Of a stretch of DNA of 64,000 nt, positions 20,501 to 29,240 are shown one piece after another (the first letter of the stretch is position 1; each line of letters opens with the position of its first letter). The DNA is from a virus. A program made the translations under genes and the position numbers. Under the pieces are notes generated by a model that saw only the letters and a list, made by a program, of their open reading frames with translations, ran no database searches and had not been told where the DNA came from. The stretch covers positions 48,445 through 112,444 of IMG/VR virus record IMGVR_UViG_3300037808_000364; one strand, 5' to 3'.

Positions 20501-23337
20501 GTCAATATGAAATGTTTAGTGGTCTCATGGATACCGTTGGAACCAAGAAAGAGGTTGTCGCCCCCGGAGCCTCCGTCGTTGTTGATGTCGAGAATGTGCC
20601 CGGTGTGACCACTGGCAAGAGTTATCGTTGCGGGAATGTCCGCTGCATCAGTAGCAGTTAAGGCCGTCGTCCTTGCAGTGATGTTACCTGTCACGGCTAC
20701 GCCATCTGTTGAATTCCCAAGTGTCAACAGTCCATCAGGTACTATGGAAATAGGGGCAGACGATGATGGCGTCGAAATCGTGATTCCGGCTGATGAGCCT
20801 CCAGTTATCGAGAACCATCCGTTACCAAGAATCGTAGACGAACCTGTTACGTCAAAATTGCCCGTGACTTTTGAGCGTCCTGCCGATGGCTGAGATACCC
20901 CGCCTATATGTGCTTGGCCGTTCGCAAAAAACCTATGACTTCCAGCAATCTCCGTTGCTCCGTCTGCTTCCACCTTAAACACATCACCCGCCGACGTGCC
21001 TGTTGTTGAGATCTGAAAAGCATTCGCCGATTGTGCTGCTGCTAGTTCGAGGCTTAGTGGGATGTCGGTGGCTGCGGGTGCTGTTACGTCGAGCAGACCG
21101 GCTTGGAATGTGCCGAGGGTGGTGCCGTTCCAGACCTTGACAGCATTCGCCGCATCACGGGAAAGCCTTGTGTCGTCCGCGTCTGTGGAATTTACAGTAG
21201 ACGACCAGCTTACCGAACCCCCAGAACCAAGTCGCATGCCCCCCACAAATCCGAGCGAGTTTGCACCGCCTCCACCTCCATCGGAAAAATGGACTTGACT
21301 CCCGACCGTAAAAAACCCGACTGTCGGACTTGCTGAAAAAGAAATCGCCGGAAGAGTTTTGGATCCTGCGGCATGGAGTACAGCACCCGCGAATGTGGCA
21401 GCTTCTGCCTCGATATGATGATCTCCAAACACCTGAAATCCACCAGATTGACCATATCGGTTGAGCGACATGACGATATCGCCAGCACCGGATCGTGCCG
21501 AGTCCCCCTGAACGAACAAGGCTGGCTCAGAGGAATCGCCCCGGATCGTTGCTCTGGCCCCGTCTGCATTAGTAGTGCCAACGTACAGTCGCCCCCCACT
21601 AGCTACCCTTAACAAATCGCCCGCCGACGTGCCTGCCGATGAGATCTGAAAAGCATTGGCTGATTGTGCTGCTGCGAGTTCGAGTGATAACGGAACGTCC
21701 GTGGCTGCGGCACTGACGATGTCCAGCATGGCATCTGGTGTGGTGTCATTAATGCCGAGCTTGCCCTCCCCGGTGAGCCGCATATGCTCATCTTGCCCCA
21801 CATTAAAAAGCATGTAGTTTGATGCGTTCGTGCCCCCATTGTAGTACGATATCGCCCCCCTAGAGCCGTAAGCCCCGTTGGCAAAATACAGATGGCATAA
21901 CTCAGTCGTGTCGGATCGAATCCTAATTACGGGAGCATCTCCCGCTTCTCCTTCGAGGGACAATATAGTCCCATCCCACGTAGGCCCGTCTGTCTGTACA
22001 TCTCCAGAGCCATCACGATATAAGATACCACTATCAGACCCACTAGATAGATTAACACCACTAACCGTTATACCGCTAGTAGTGACAGATCCACGGTCTG
22101 TGACACCCTGTAGATCAAACGTTGTATTTGCCCAACCAGACACAGAAACCGCAGAGTGATCTTGGCTGTCTACATATGTCTGGAAGTATCCGCTAACAGC
22201 AGTATCTCCAGAGGCAATGGTATCGGAGGCCCATCCACTAACAGCCGTAGCTTCGCCTCCGCCTCCGCCTCCGCCTCCGCCAGCAGTACTCTGGAATGTA
22301 CCATCTTGGAATCGAATACCGCTAGTAAGATAGAGTTCATCCATCCTACCACTACCGTTAACGTCTAACTCATATAGAGGATTATCATTCAGGATACCTA
22401 TTTTACCACCGCTATCTATGACAGAGAGGATAGTGTCATCATATAGACTCCATCTCTGTAAGTCAGTAATGGGTGCTGGGGGGCCAGTGACTACAAGACT
22501 AGGGTTAGCACTAGATGTAGTTTCTATATAAACGCCAGTTAAAGAGCTAGCACGAAAAACCGTGTTGGTATCGTGATAGACAGTAAACCCTATACCGTCT
22601 GAAATAGAAGCATAGTTATTCGTATTACTAACCATGCCAGCAGACCCGTCTTTAGCAAAGACATAGGCAAAGGTAGGAGGAGCTGTTTGGCTAGTAGGAT
22701 TAGATTTGAGACCCAGCTTCCACATGGGAGAAGCATTACCATCAAAATGTAGAGCGGCAGTTTGTTCTGTCCCATCTTCTTTATATGCGTGGAAGAAGTT
22801 GCCAGCGTCACCGTTAGGTCTAATTAGGGTCAAAAATCCACTAGATACAATATCTCCAGACGACGAAATATCATCAACGCCGAATAAACTACCTACGACA
22901 GTAAGGTCTCCACTAACGAGAACGTCGTTGCCAAAAACCGCATCTCCTGAGTTAGACAGGGTGTTAGAAATAATACCAGAAGAGTTTAGCTCTAATGTAC
23001 TAATATCAACAACGTAAGTGCCACTGGCTTCGTTCTGTATAATAGCCTTGTCTGCGGGTAGGGTACAGAAAACCGTAGAAACACCCTCAAGATTGATCTT
23101 AGCTCCACCAGCAGAACTATCAAAAACCACATCTCGCGATAGAGTATCTCCACTAAGGGTGTAAACCCCCTGCCCAACTTCCCAACGCACGCCGTTTTCA
23201 ATACAGTAATACGTAGTGTTGCCGTCCCCAATACCCGTTTGAAAGGATTGAAATCCGCCAAAAGCAGAGTCGAATACAACTACACCACTACCTGTAGTAA
23301 GTGAGGATTCTTTTACTCTATCTGATATGATTAACAT
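17524..23337 (-). CDS. Long tail-fibre-like protein
   Basis: 1937 aa. N-terminal ISDRVKE.S.TTG.G motif, GIRFQDGT motif, poly-Gly hinge, internal repeats (TDVPLSLELAAAQSANAFQIS x2; ATGNE.ANTL.YTTNKLTSGDDTGLL.SKTDTASPGTSLLLD x2). Confidence 0.75.
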   Translation of the reverse strand: MLIISDRVKESSLTTGSGVVVFDSAFGGFQSFQTGIGDGNTTYYCIENGVRWEVGQGVYTLSGDTLSRDVVFDSSAGGAKINLEGVSTVFCTLPADKAIIQNEASGTYVVDISTLELNSSGIISNTLSNSGDAVFGNDVLVSGDLTVVGSLFGVDDISSSGDIVSSGFLTLIRPNGDAGNFFHAYKEDGTEQTAALHFDGNASPMWKLGLKSNPTSQTAPPTFAYVFAKDGSAGMVSNTNNYASISDGIGFTVYHDTNTVFRASSLTGVYIETTSSANPSLVVTGPPAPITDLQRWSLYDDTILSVIDSGGKIGILNDNPLYELDVNGSGRMDELYLTSGIRFQDGTFQSTAGGGGGGGGGEATAVSGWASDTIASGDTAVSGYFQTYVDSQDHSAVSVSGWANTTFDLQGVTDRGSVTTSGITVSGVNLSSGSDSGILYRDGSGDVQTDGPTWDGTILSLEGEAGDAPVIRIRSDTTELCHLYFANGAYGSRGAISYYNGGTNASNYMLFNVGQDEHMRLTGEGKLGINDTTPDAMLDIVSAAATDVPLSLELAAAQSANAFQISSAGTSAGDLLRVASGGRLYVGTTNADGARATIRGDSSEPALFVQGDSARSGAGDIVMSLNRYGQSGGFQVFGDHHIEAEAATFAGAVLHAAGSKTLPAISFSASPTVGFFTVGSQVHFSDGGGGGANSLGFVGGMRLGSGGSVSWSSTVNSTDADDTRLSRDAANAVKVWNGTTLGTFQAGLLDVTAPAATDIPLSLELAAAQSANAFQISTTGTSAGDVFKVEADGATEIAGSHRFFANGQAHIGGVSQPSAGRSKVTGNFDVTGSSTILGNGWFSITGGSSAGITISTPSSSAPISIVPDGLLTLGNSTDGVAVTGNITARTTALTATDAADIPATITLASGHTGHILDINNDGGSGGDNLFLGSNGIHETTKHFILTSTGTSKTARLVAGKSGDAGTHYAQIQVKESNVFSANQFGTWLYAGNNGINLEDFTNIEQSLTVNASAITDVPITANLAAGQTGNFLNITSDGGSAGDKVRIYDSNGDTTIKLSNDGFIRGRGMAGSVGNGVVLGAVFPSFFAGNNGVGTAMDKPFGFSDNANLFTSAVTLDVAISRLAAGSMGLGTGAAGAIDGNLTLAGLNASYISATSTMGDATGNEIANTLSYTTNKLTSGDDTGLLISKTDTASPGTSLLLDCQVGGASKASIDDNGLVTADRLKIQQGSFHWFGSSASINYGFEVRDASSQNLVGLGEKVRFNKSVNVQFCTDADINTPDEWIGRNTSGGIDIGKDTTTVVATIAQDGYGIQVTASAITDVVATFTGAAGQTANITEWVPDGVTAGDAARITEIGDFSNNQGSTNNEVFGDGASASSGTTGTVVVGAGATTTGGGETIIGKGTTGHPFGSNTIVGAFGTCTNGRATGIGYSLSLGEKSVGIGYDVTAVANTIAIGYQIASLAGEARIDPSLTLTVGAVASSWTLSAATGNEVANTLAYTTNKLTSGDDTGLLVSKTDTASPGTSLLLDLQTDASSVFSVDDVGTVDATDGNFVGQLNVNNSLTAYEYAAEIRSHTSGGWAGWRCLGQSISGFCGALEYWSSTQLGSTEDAMIFGSFSAHNVVFSTNNTRRGGFHKTTGVFDAEYGISAVADAIGTIPITATGSVGQTASLGVFNNGSNDVLLVSPTGLMTVGDGTDADINLLQVNVTGSPLLHWDESTDRFQFTKGLHVGGGLYFDRPDGKDWYGFKNVSGRITVRANNADATVLGNDRIITTTGARIGWSSTAQASGSIVTAFTEISSGIVALGNGTASDKTGELRFATGEIQAIHQATEVTSLPTGTTQTITLDDNNHQTLDLTSTTGDTTVTLTVPSGSAAGTLIIEQHATTSRDITWAVSAGTFKWMGTEPTWSSDAVSAIRIVTWRYDGAVMYLAATDVAA

Positions 23338-23367
23338 AGTGTTTACCTGTACTATTAAAGGATTTTG

Positions 23368-23445
23368 TTATCCTGTCTGTGCCAAGACGGAACCGCTAGC
23401 TGTAGCAGTGTATGATTCCCTGATTCTGTCCGATATAATGAGCGT
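23368..23445 (-). pseudogene. Relic of a fibre-gene 5' end (TLIISDRIRESYTATASGSV...*)
   Basis: Intergenic frame reads ACG CTC ATT ATA TCG GAC AGA ATC AGG GAA TCA..., matching the MLIISDRVKESS.TTGSG start of the next gene, with ATG changed to ACG and a stop after 25 codons. Confidence 0.6.
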
Positions 23446-23468
23446 ACTACACTTCTGTATTAGAAAAG

Positions 23469-24359
23469 TTAATTATGGTCGGGCCATATCTCTAACGTGT
23501 CTTCTGAATCTAGATGTATATAGAACGTATTAAGCACAGATAGGCCAGACTTCTGCCATGTACCGCCAGAGCCAACATTCTTTCTGTACCACCAAAATTT
23601 GAAATCTATAGGTCCGCTAAGAGTTGTTGAAACGAACTTAGCGGAAAAAGTGCCCGGTGTTCTTATTACAGACTCTTGATAATCAAACTCCTCCCACTGG
23701 TCGAGTATTTTACTTGATATAGTGTATGAGCCAGAGAAAATACCATTTGTAGATGCTGTTATTGTTGCGGGGGTTGGGCATAGACCAAAAGACAGGGAAG
23801 CTCCGTCGTCGCTATAACTAGTTGTATCTACTACAAATCCCTCGCCTTTTACGTATGGATACGCATAGCTGATAAGTCTAATCAAGCCATAATTACCTAA
23901 ACCATTATTAGTTATCCTAGTCATTGTGATTTCATTTGAACCCGGATAACCAACTGTTGTGACAGAGGGATCAAAAGTGTTTTGAGAATGTCCTCTATTC
24001 GGACAAATTAAGAGAGGGTCATCGTCATCTATAGTCGTGACCGCCGCCGTGTTCGAGATATAAATAGCACCAGAAAAACCGTCAGTAAGATATACAGAAC
24101 CTAACGGCGTTCCATTCATATGAACAATAAAACCATCGTCGGGAGAATTGTTAGTGTTACAAACCTGAACAACTAAAATATTCTTCTTAGGAGCTTGAGC
24201 TAACCCATCTCTCCATCCGGGAAAGTATGGACACGCATTAATAAGTGCGGAACTGCCGCCTCCTCCGCCTCCTCCGCCTCCTCCGCCTCCTCCGCCTCCG
24301 CCTCCGCCTCCTCCTTCGTCGTTACCGCAGTGACAGTGACAATCTGGTGGTCTTCCCAT
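23469..24359 (-). CDS. Hypothetical virion protein with Cys-rich N-terminus and poly-Gly linker
   Basis: 296 aa: MGRPPDCHCHCG followed by about 20 consecutive Gly. Confidence 0.65.
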   Translation of the reverse strand: MGRPPDCHCHCGNDEGGGGGGGGGGGGGGGGGGGGSSALINACPYFPGWRDGLAQAPKKNILVVQVCNTNNSPDDGFIVHMNGTPLGSVYLTDGFSGAIYISNTAAVTTIDDDDPLLICPNRGHSQNTFDPSVTTVGYPGSNEITMTRITNNGLGNYGLIRLISYAYPYVKGEGFVVDTTSYSDDGASLSFGLCPTPATITASTNGIFSGSYTISSKILDQWEEFDYQESVIRTPGTFSAKFVSTTLSGPIDFKFWWYRKNVGSGGTWQKSGLSVLNTFYIHLDSEDTLEIWPDHN

Positions 24360-24371
24360 CTTTATCTCCTA

Positions 24372-27029
24372 TTAAGGACATCCTACCCAAGTCGGTCTGA
24401 ACTCAGATTTCATTCGAATAGCAACTACATAGGTGCCCGCTGGAACACCCGTCAATGACGAATCCCTATTGGTAATATACACATCATTACCAGTATTTGT
24501 ACCGTCTTCGTAGATACTCATTTTACCACTAGCGGGAGAAACCATCGTTCCGCCAGTAATGGCGGTATCCATTAAGCCCTCTATATTATTAGCGGTATTT
24601 CCGGAACCGTAGAAGTTACCGTTACAGTCCATGCTGGCTACCATAACATCGTCACAGAACCAAGATTGGACGAAGTCGTTGGGATTGCTGCCGTGGACAG
24701 ATGAGTGTCTACGGACCTCCAGAGGAGCCTCTGGTGATAGACGTGGCATACCAATAGAGATGTTTGGAATGTCAGTCCTACCAGCTATCGTGTTCATAAT
24801 GTTAACACGATTAGACAGAGCACCGCCATTGTACATCAGACGGTTATTGTCATCTATACCACAAACAATCTCTACATTTCCGCTACCACCTTCTCCACCT
24901 GAGAAGGTTCCTCGTAGTGCGTGCTCCCCAATACCAATAGAATTAGCATAGGTTCCATCTAAACCAGCGTTAGAACCAATGAATACAGAATCGGAAGCGG
25001 AATCTGCGTTTTTAGCGGCGTTGGTTCCAATACCAATAGTGTTATCTAAATTGTCACAATCATAACCAGCCCTATAGCCAACAAATACTGCCGCCATATC
25101 CATTCCCAAGCTAGGATTAGATACAGTAGCGTTGGCACCAGCCTCAGAACCAATTATAACAGCGTGTTTCCACCCACTAGCCCCGTAAGCAACATCACAA
25201 CCAATAAGAACAGATCTACTCATCCCGGCGGCATTGACATTAAGCTCATTCTCTGGGTTGGAAATAAGGACATTACAATTCTCTGCTATTGTACTAGCTC
25301 CACTACCAACGTAATCAGCAAGACCTTGTAGAGATATCTTACCAACCTTATTGGAGGCAGTCCCGTCTACTTGAGCGGCAATAAACGTATTGTCCGTTCT
25401 GATCTCTGTAGTGATATTTCCAGCTAAATCAAGGCCCGAATAGTCTAAGACAATATAGTTCTCATTATTTTGCACTATAACGTTAGTACCAGAAACCCCG
25501 TTGAGGGGAATAAGGTTAAACTCAGAGATACCAGATAGTGAAGTACCATCTTGGAACCTAATAGCACCCTTTAGTTTAAAGTCAGCATTTAATTCAGCAA
25601 ATGGGGTCGTTCCTGTTGGAGCCTGATATGTAGGAGTGTGAGCAAAGGAACCTCTGGGGTCTAGAGTAAATAAATCCTCTGATAGACCATCTCCGTTTGA
25701 AAACCTGAATACTAAGTCGTTGATACCCTGATTACTTCCGGCACGGGCGTAGTCTATAGTGTTGAGTACTGTTGTATATCTAACGAATGGATTATCAAAC
25801 TCAAAACTGGTTTTGAACTCACTTTGAGATTGTTCCAGAACGGAGAAAGTACCTCCTACCACTGATAGATATTTCGATCCGGTAACCTTACCAAGCAACA
25901 AAGGTGTAGTACCTTTACCTAGGGCGAACGTTCCATCTTCAGGAATTTCGCTTTGGTATAGCTCACGGCCAATCAGGATAGCGTCATCCATCCCTCCGAA
26001 CTCTGAGCCACCACCGTTAAAGTTACTATCGCCCACGATGACGTTTCTGTTACCATCGGTGTATCCCACTAGACTATCACAGCCTACCACAGTATTATTG
26101 GAGCTTACGGGTTCCATTCCACTGCCAGCGTGGTAGCCGACTAGAGTATTACAGTCAGCAGATCCAGTCTCAGACAGTAGATATCCAGCACCCCATCCAT
26201 AGTATGTGTTGTTAGACTTGGTAGCATCTGCCTGTCTAACCTTAGGGGTGTGCCAACCTCCATATGTATTACCATTATTACCGTAAATCAATCCACCACT
26301 AGCAACCGTGGGTTCCAGATCTTGACTTAGAACAAGATTGGTCTCAAAACCGCTATCATCCTTAAAATACAAAGCCTGACTACGGCTACCAACGGTGTAA
26401 GGTTTGACGTAAATCTTACCAAAATCAGAATTATTACTTGGTGCTGAAGCCTGCTCATGCATGGAGATTGTGCCGCTGTCAGCAACAGTCTCGCACATAT
26501 AAGCTACGGTTAAGGGTGCATGTGGGTCAAAATGTCTGGTCTCGTGAGTCCGTGTAATACCAATCCCAATAAACCCACGTTCAGACATTGAAAGGTGGGA
26601 GAATTCCATTCCAGTTGTTCCACTGGGGCGGATAAGAGAGAAGTCTACAACGGTTCTATCGGTACCGTTGGGATCAACACAAGTTTCATCATACCCACCA
26701 TACCCATCCCCAGCGATAAAAGCATTATCAAACTCTGGATCGTAGGTGATATGTAAACCGGAAGCACGTCCATTTCCATTACCCAGTAACTCTACTGAAC
26801 TACGAACGAAACGTGAGGGTCCACTTGAGAAACGGATATCTGAATTACCAGTAGACTGAACATTAAATATGGTCTCTGGTAAAATAGGGTCTCCGTCAGA
26901 AGCGTACGTGGCGTTAGTAATTCCAACGAGGCCAGACTGACTAGCCTGACCACCATTTCTTAAAACAGTAACGGATTCTCTTATTACAGATTGACCATTA
27001 TCTATATGTAAGGATAGCCTGTCTTTCAT
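24372..27029 (-). CDS. Fibre-like virion protein with IG..AG repeats
   Basis: 885 aa, beta-roll repeats, IRFQDGT motif shared with 17524-23337. Confidence 0.65.
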   Translation of the reverse strand: MKDRLSLHIDNGQSVIRESVTVLRNGGQASQSGLVGITNATYASDGDPILPETIFNVQSTGNSDIRFSSGPSRFVRSSVELLGNGNGRASGLHITYDPEFDNAFIAGDGYGGYDETCVDPNGTDRTVVDFSLIRPSGTTGMEFSHLSMSERGFIGIGITRTHETRHFDPHAPLTVAYMCETVADSGTISMHEQASAPSNNSDFGKIYVKPYTVGSRSQALYFKDDSGFETNLVLSQDLEPTVASGGLIYGNNGNTYGGWHTPKVRQADATKSNNTYYGWGAGYLLSETGSADCNTLVGYHAGSGMEPVSSNNTVVGCDSLVGYTDGNRNVIVGDSNFNGGGSEFGGMDDAILIGRELYQSEIPEDGTFALGKGTTPLLLGKVTGSKYLSVVGGTFSVLEQSQSEFKTSFEFDNPFVRYTTVLNTIDYARAGSNQGINDLVFRFSNGDGLSEDLFTLDPRGSFAHTPTYQAPTGTTPFAELNADFKLKGAIRFQDGTSLSGISEFNLIPLNGVSGTNVIVQNNENYIVLDYSGLDLAGNITTEIRTDNTFIAAQVDGTASNKVGKISLQGLADYVGSGASTIAENCNVLISNPENELNVNAAGMSRSVLIGCDVAYGASGWKHAVIIGSEAGANATVSNPSLGMDMAAVFVGYRAGYDCDNLDNTIGIGTNAAKNADSASDSVFIGSNAGLDGTYANSIGIGEHALRGTFSGGEGGSGNVEIVCGIDDNNRLMYNGGALSNRVNIMNTIAGRTDIPNISIGMPRLSPEAPLEVRRHSSVHGSNPNDFVQSWFCDDVMVASMDCNGNFYGSGNTANNIEGLMDTAITGGTMVSPASGKMSIYEDGTNTGNDVYITNRDSSLTGVPAGTYVVAIRMKSEFRPTWVGCP

Positions 27030-27038
27030 TATTTATCC

Positions 27039-28634
27039 TTATGATTTATCTAATTCGTCGTGATATATGACGCTAAAGCCACGGACGGTACTAGCATTCT
27101 TAATTCTGCTAGCAAATTTTTGAATTACTTTGACTCCAGAGTCGACAGTTCCGTGCATCACAGTAGAGTCATATCCAGATGGATTACCGTTTATGATATC
27201 TGTACCAGAACGAGCGATGAAGTTTACATCACCAAGTGTTGGGTACTGGTTTACGAAGTGGGGTTCTTGACCCACGACCACTCTTTGACCAGAAGCCTCG
27301 TAGGGTTCTATGAAGACCCCCATACAGCCACTTTCAATAGCCATACCTGTGCTGTAACGTCCAAGGAGCCTTTGACCTATGAAAGCTGTATTGTCGATAG
27401 CTTCGATAGATATGTTACTTTCCCACCTAGACTTGGTAAAGGCGTTGGATACAGGAAGGCAATTTATAGTAGGGTCTGGAAACCTGTACAGTAAGTGATA
27501 ATCCCTACGATAGATAGACCCACTAGAGTGTACCTCAAGCCCGGCACCGTCTAACCCTTCATCGTTAAGATACCCACAAAGGGCGTCGTTATGAAATCCA
27601 TCATCTGTGGGATCACAAAAACCGCTAGTGGCTAGGTGTAAAGTTTTACACTCATATATGCATTCGGTAATGGTATTGTATTCAACGTCATTAGCAAATA
27701 ACTGACCGCTAATAACGACATCGTTGAAGTAGCCGTCCCACTTAAGCTGAGGATGCCCTAGGGCATATCTAGAATCTCGATTAGGTACCAAATCCCCGTA
27801 TACGGTCATCTTCCCGTCAGCGACCCCTTGTGCCGCACCTGATGGAGCACCACCTACACCAACGGTTTCTCCGGAGAAATTAATAAATTCATTGATGGAT
27901 TTCCAAGATGCTTGACTTCTACCTAAATGAGACTCTCCACTAGCAGTAGGGGAAATATCGCCTGAAACCTGAAGCATACCAAAACCGTGTAAAGAGCTGG
28001 TACCTACAGCAAGTTGATGGCTTCCAGCTAATAAGTTTCCGTATAACAGGGGTGAGTCACCCGAAGTAATAGGTTCGCCACCCGCATCACAGAAATCCCC
28101 TGAAGATACAGGGAAAGACCCAAGTACAAACTTGTAATCCACCGTGGGTCCAAGATACCAACCAGCACCATGACCAATACCAATATTGTAATCACCATAA
28201 CGATTATGGTGGAAGGTATGATCACCGACCCCTACATTCCCATCTCCGGTAACGTTGCCTACTAACGCTTGATATCCAGCAGCAGTATTGCCGCTTCCGT
28301 AAATATTACAGCTTAGGGCGTAGCTACCTAGTGCGGTATTCTGAGAACCGTTGTAATTATTGCGTAGAGAAGCATATCCAAAAGAGGTATTGTCTACACT
28401 AGAACGTCCAACGAAAGACATCTGGCTTAAAGCCAAGTCTCCACCTTTTGTAGTGCGAGTATCTGGAGACGCAAAATTAGCAGTACTTAGGGTAGTCCCT
28501 TCCATGAAATTGGGTACGGAGTCTACCAAGTCTGTTAAGCTGGTTCTGAGATCTAAAGGCGAAATCTCTTGCGTCGAATTATCAGGTAGTGAAATACTTA
28601 TAGACGCCAAGTATTCTGATCTTGTGAGAATCAT
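27039..28634 (-). CDS. Fibre-like virion protein
   Basis: 531 aa. N-terminal LPDNSTQEISPLDLR motif, N.T.A.G..AL repeats, GDLVP...Y.LG...LKW motifs. Confidence 0.65.
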   Translation of the reverse strand: MILTRSEYLASISISLPDNSTQEISPLDLRTSLTDLVDSVPNFMEGTTLSTANFASPDTRTTKGGDLALSQMSFVGRSSVDNTSFGYASLRNNYNGSQNTALGSYALSCNIYGSGNTAAGYQALVGNVTGDGNVGVGDHTFHHNRYGDYNIGIGHGAGWYLGPTVDYKFVLGSFPVSSGDFCDAGGEPITSGDSPLLYGNLLAGSHQLAVGTSSLHGFGMLQVSGDISPTASGESHLGRSQASWKSINEFINFSGETVGVGGAPSGAAQGVADGKMTVYGDLVPNRDSRYALGHPQLKWDGYFNDVVISGQLFANDVEYNTITECIYECKTLHLATSGFCDPTDDGFHNDALCGYLNDEGLDGAGLEVHSSGSIYRRDYHLLYRFPDPTINCLPVSNAFTKSRWESNISIEAIDNTAFIGQRLLGRYSTGMAIESGCMGVFIEPYEASGQRVVVGQEPHFVNQYPTLGDVNFIARSGTDIINGNPSGYDSTVMHGTVDSGVKVIQKFASRIKNASTVRGFSVIYHDELDKS

Positions 28635-28645
28635 GGGCTATGCCC

Positions 28646-29110
28646 CTACTTAAATTTGATTTGAAGCTGACTAGCGTCAAACTTTGGAGCATCCCCTTGA
28701 TAAACCACTCTAGGGTTGCCTAATTCAGAATACATTAGAAGATTACCACTTCCGTATTCGCCAGAGTCGACGATGGCTATACCAGAAACCCAACCCCAAT
28801 CAAGGAGTGCGGTTCCAAAAATGAAGGTGGAAGAGTTCTTAATCAGGCCACTTCCGGCGTTATGATCGTTGATGTCGTAAGACCAGAAGGCGTCACCAAG
28901 AGTAGATGGATCTCCCAAGTCGTATCTAGAATAACCAGTACCACTACCGTTAATCCCTGTAGGAAGTTCGGGAATGGTTACGCCGGTATCAGAATCAACT
29001 GGAGTCCCACTGCATAGAGCAATAGCTACATTTGATGGTTTAGGGAACGATCCCCCTCTAAACACATGGTGGAGCAATCCAGACTCCATGTAATCGGACA
29101 AAGCTGTCAT
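28646..29110 (-). CDS. Conserved phage virion protein (MTALSDY.E..LL.HVFRG family)
   Basis: 154 aa with a familiar phage structural motif (SDY.E..LL.H; ALC...P; WG.V..IAI.D....GNLL). Confidence 0.65.
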   Translation of the reverse strand: MTALSDYMESGLLHHVFRGGSFPKPSNVAIALCSGTPVDSDTGVTIPELPTGINGSGTGYSRYDLGDPSTLGDAFWSYDINDHNAGSGLIKNSSTFIFGTALLDWGWVSGIAIVDSGEYGSGNLLMYSELGNPRVVYQGDAPKFDASQLQIKFK

Positions 29111-29166
29111 TATGTAATATCCCCTTAAAGAGAGTCCTATTTGGGCATAAAAGACGTTTACACCCT

Positions 29167-29179
29167 ATTATACACAAAA
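29167..29179 (-). promoter_or_regulatory. Putative late promoter TTTTGTGTATAAT
   Basis: Recurrent motif upstream of structural operons; overlaps the U-tract of the capsid terminator. Confidence 0.6.
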
Positions 29180-29215
29180 AAAGAGTCACCCCCGGTTAAA
29201 TGGAGATGACTCTTT
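29176..29215 (-). terminator. Intrinsic terminator after major capsid gene
   Basis: AAAGAGTCA...TGACTCTTT stem followed by a T7 tract on the minus strand, just after the capsid stop codon. Confidence 0.7.
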
Positions 29216-29240
29216 CGTAGGTGGAGTTAATCCGCCCTGA

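Noticed and set aside
9012-23337. Diversity-generating retroelement acting on the fibres
   Set aside because: No reverse transcriptase in the window, and repeat differences are not adenine-specific.
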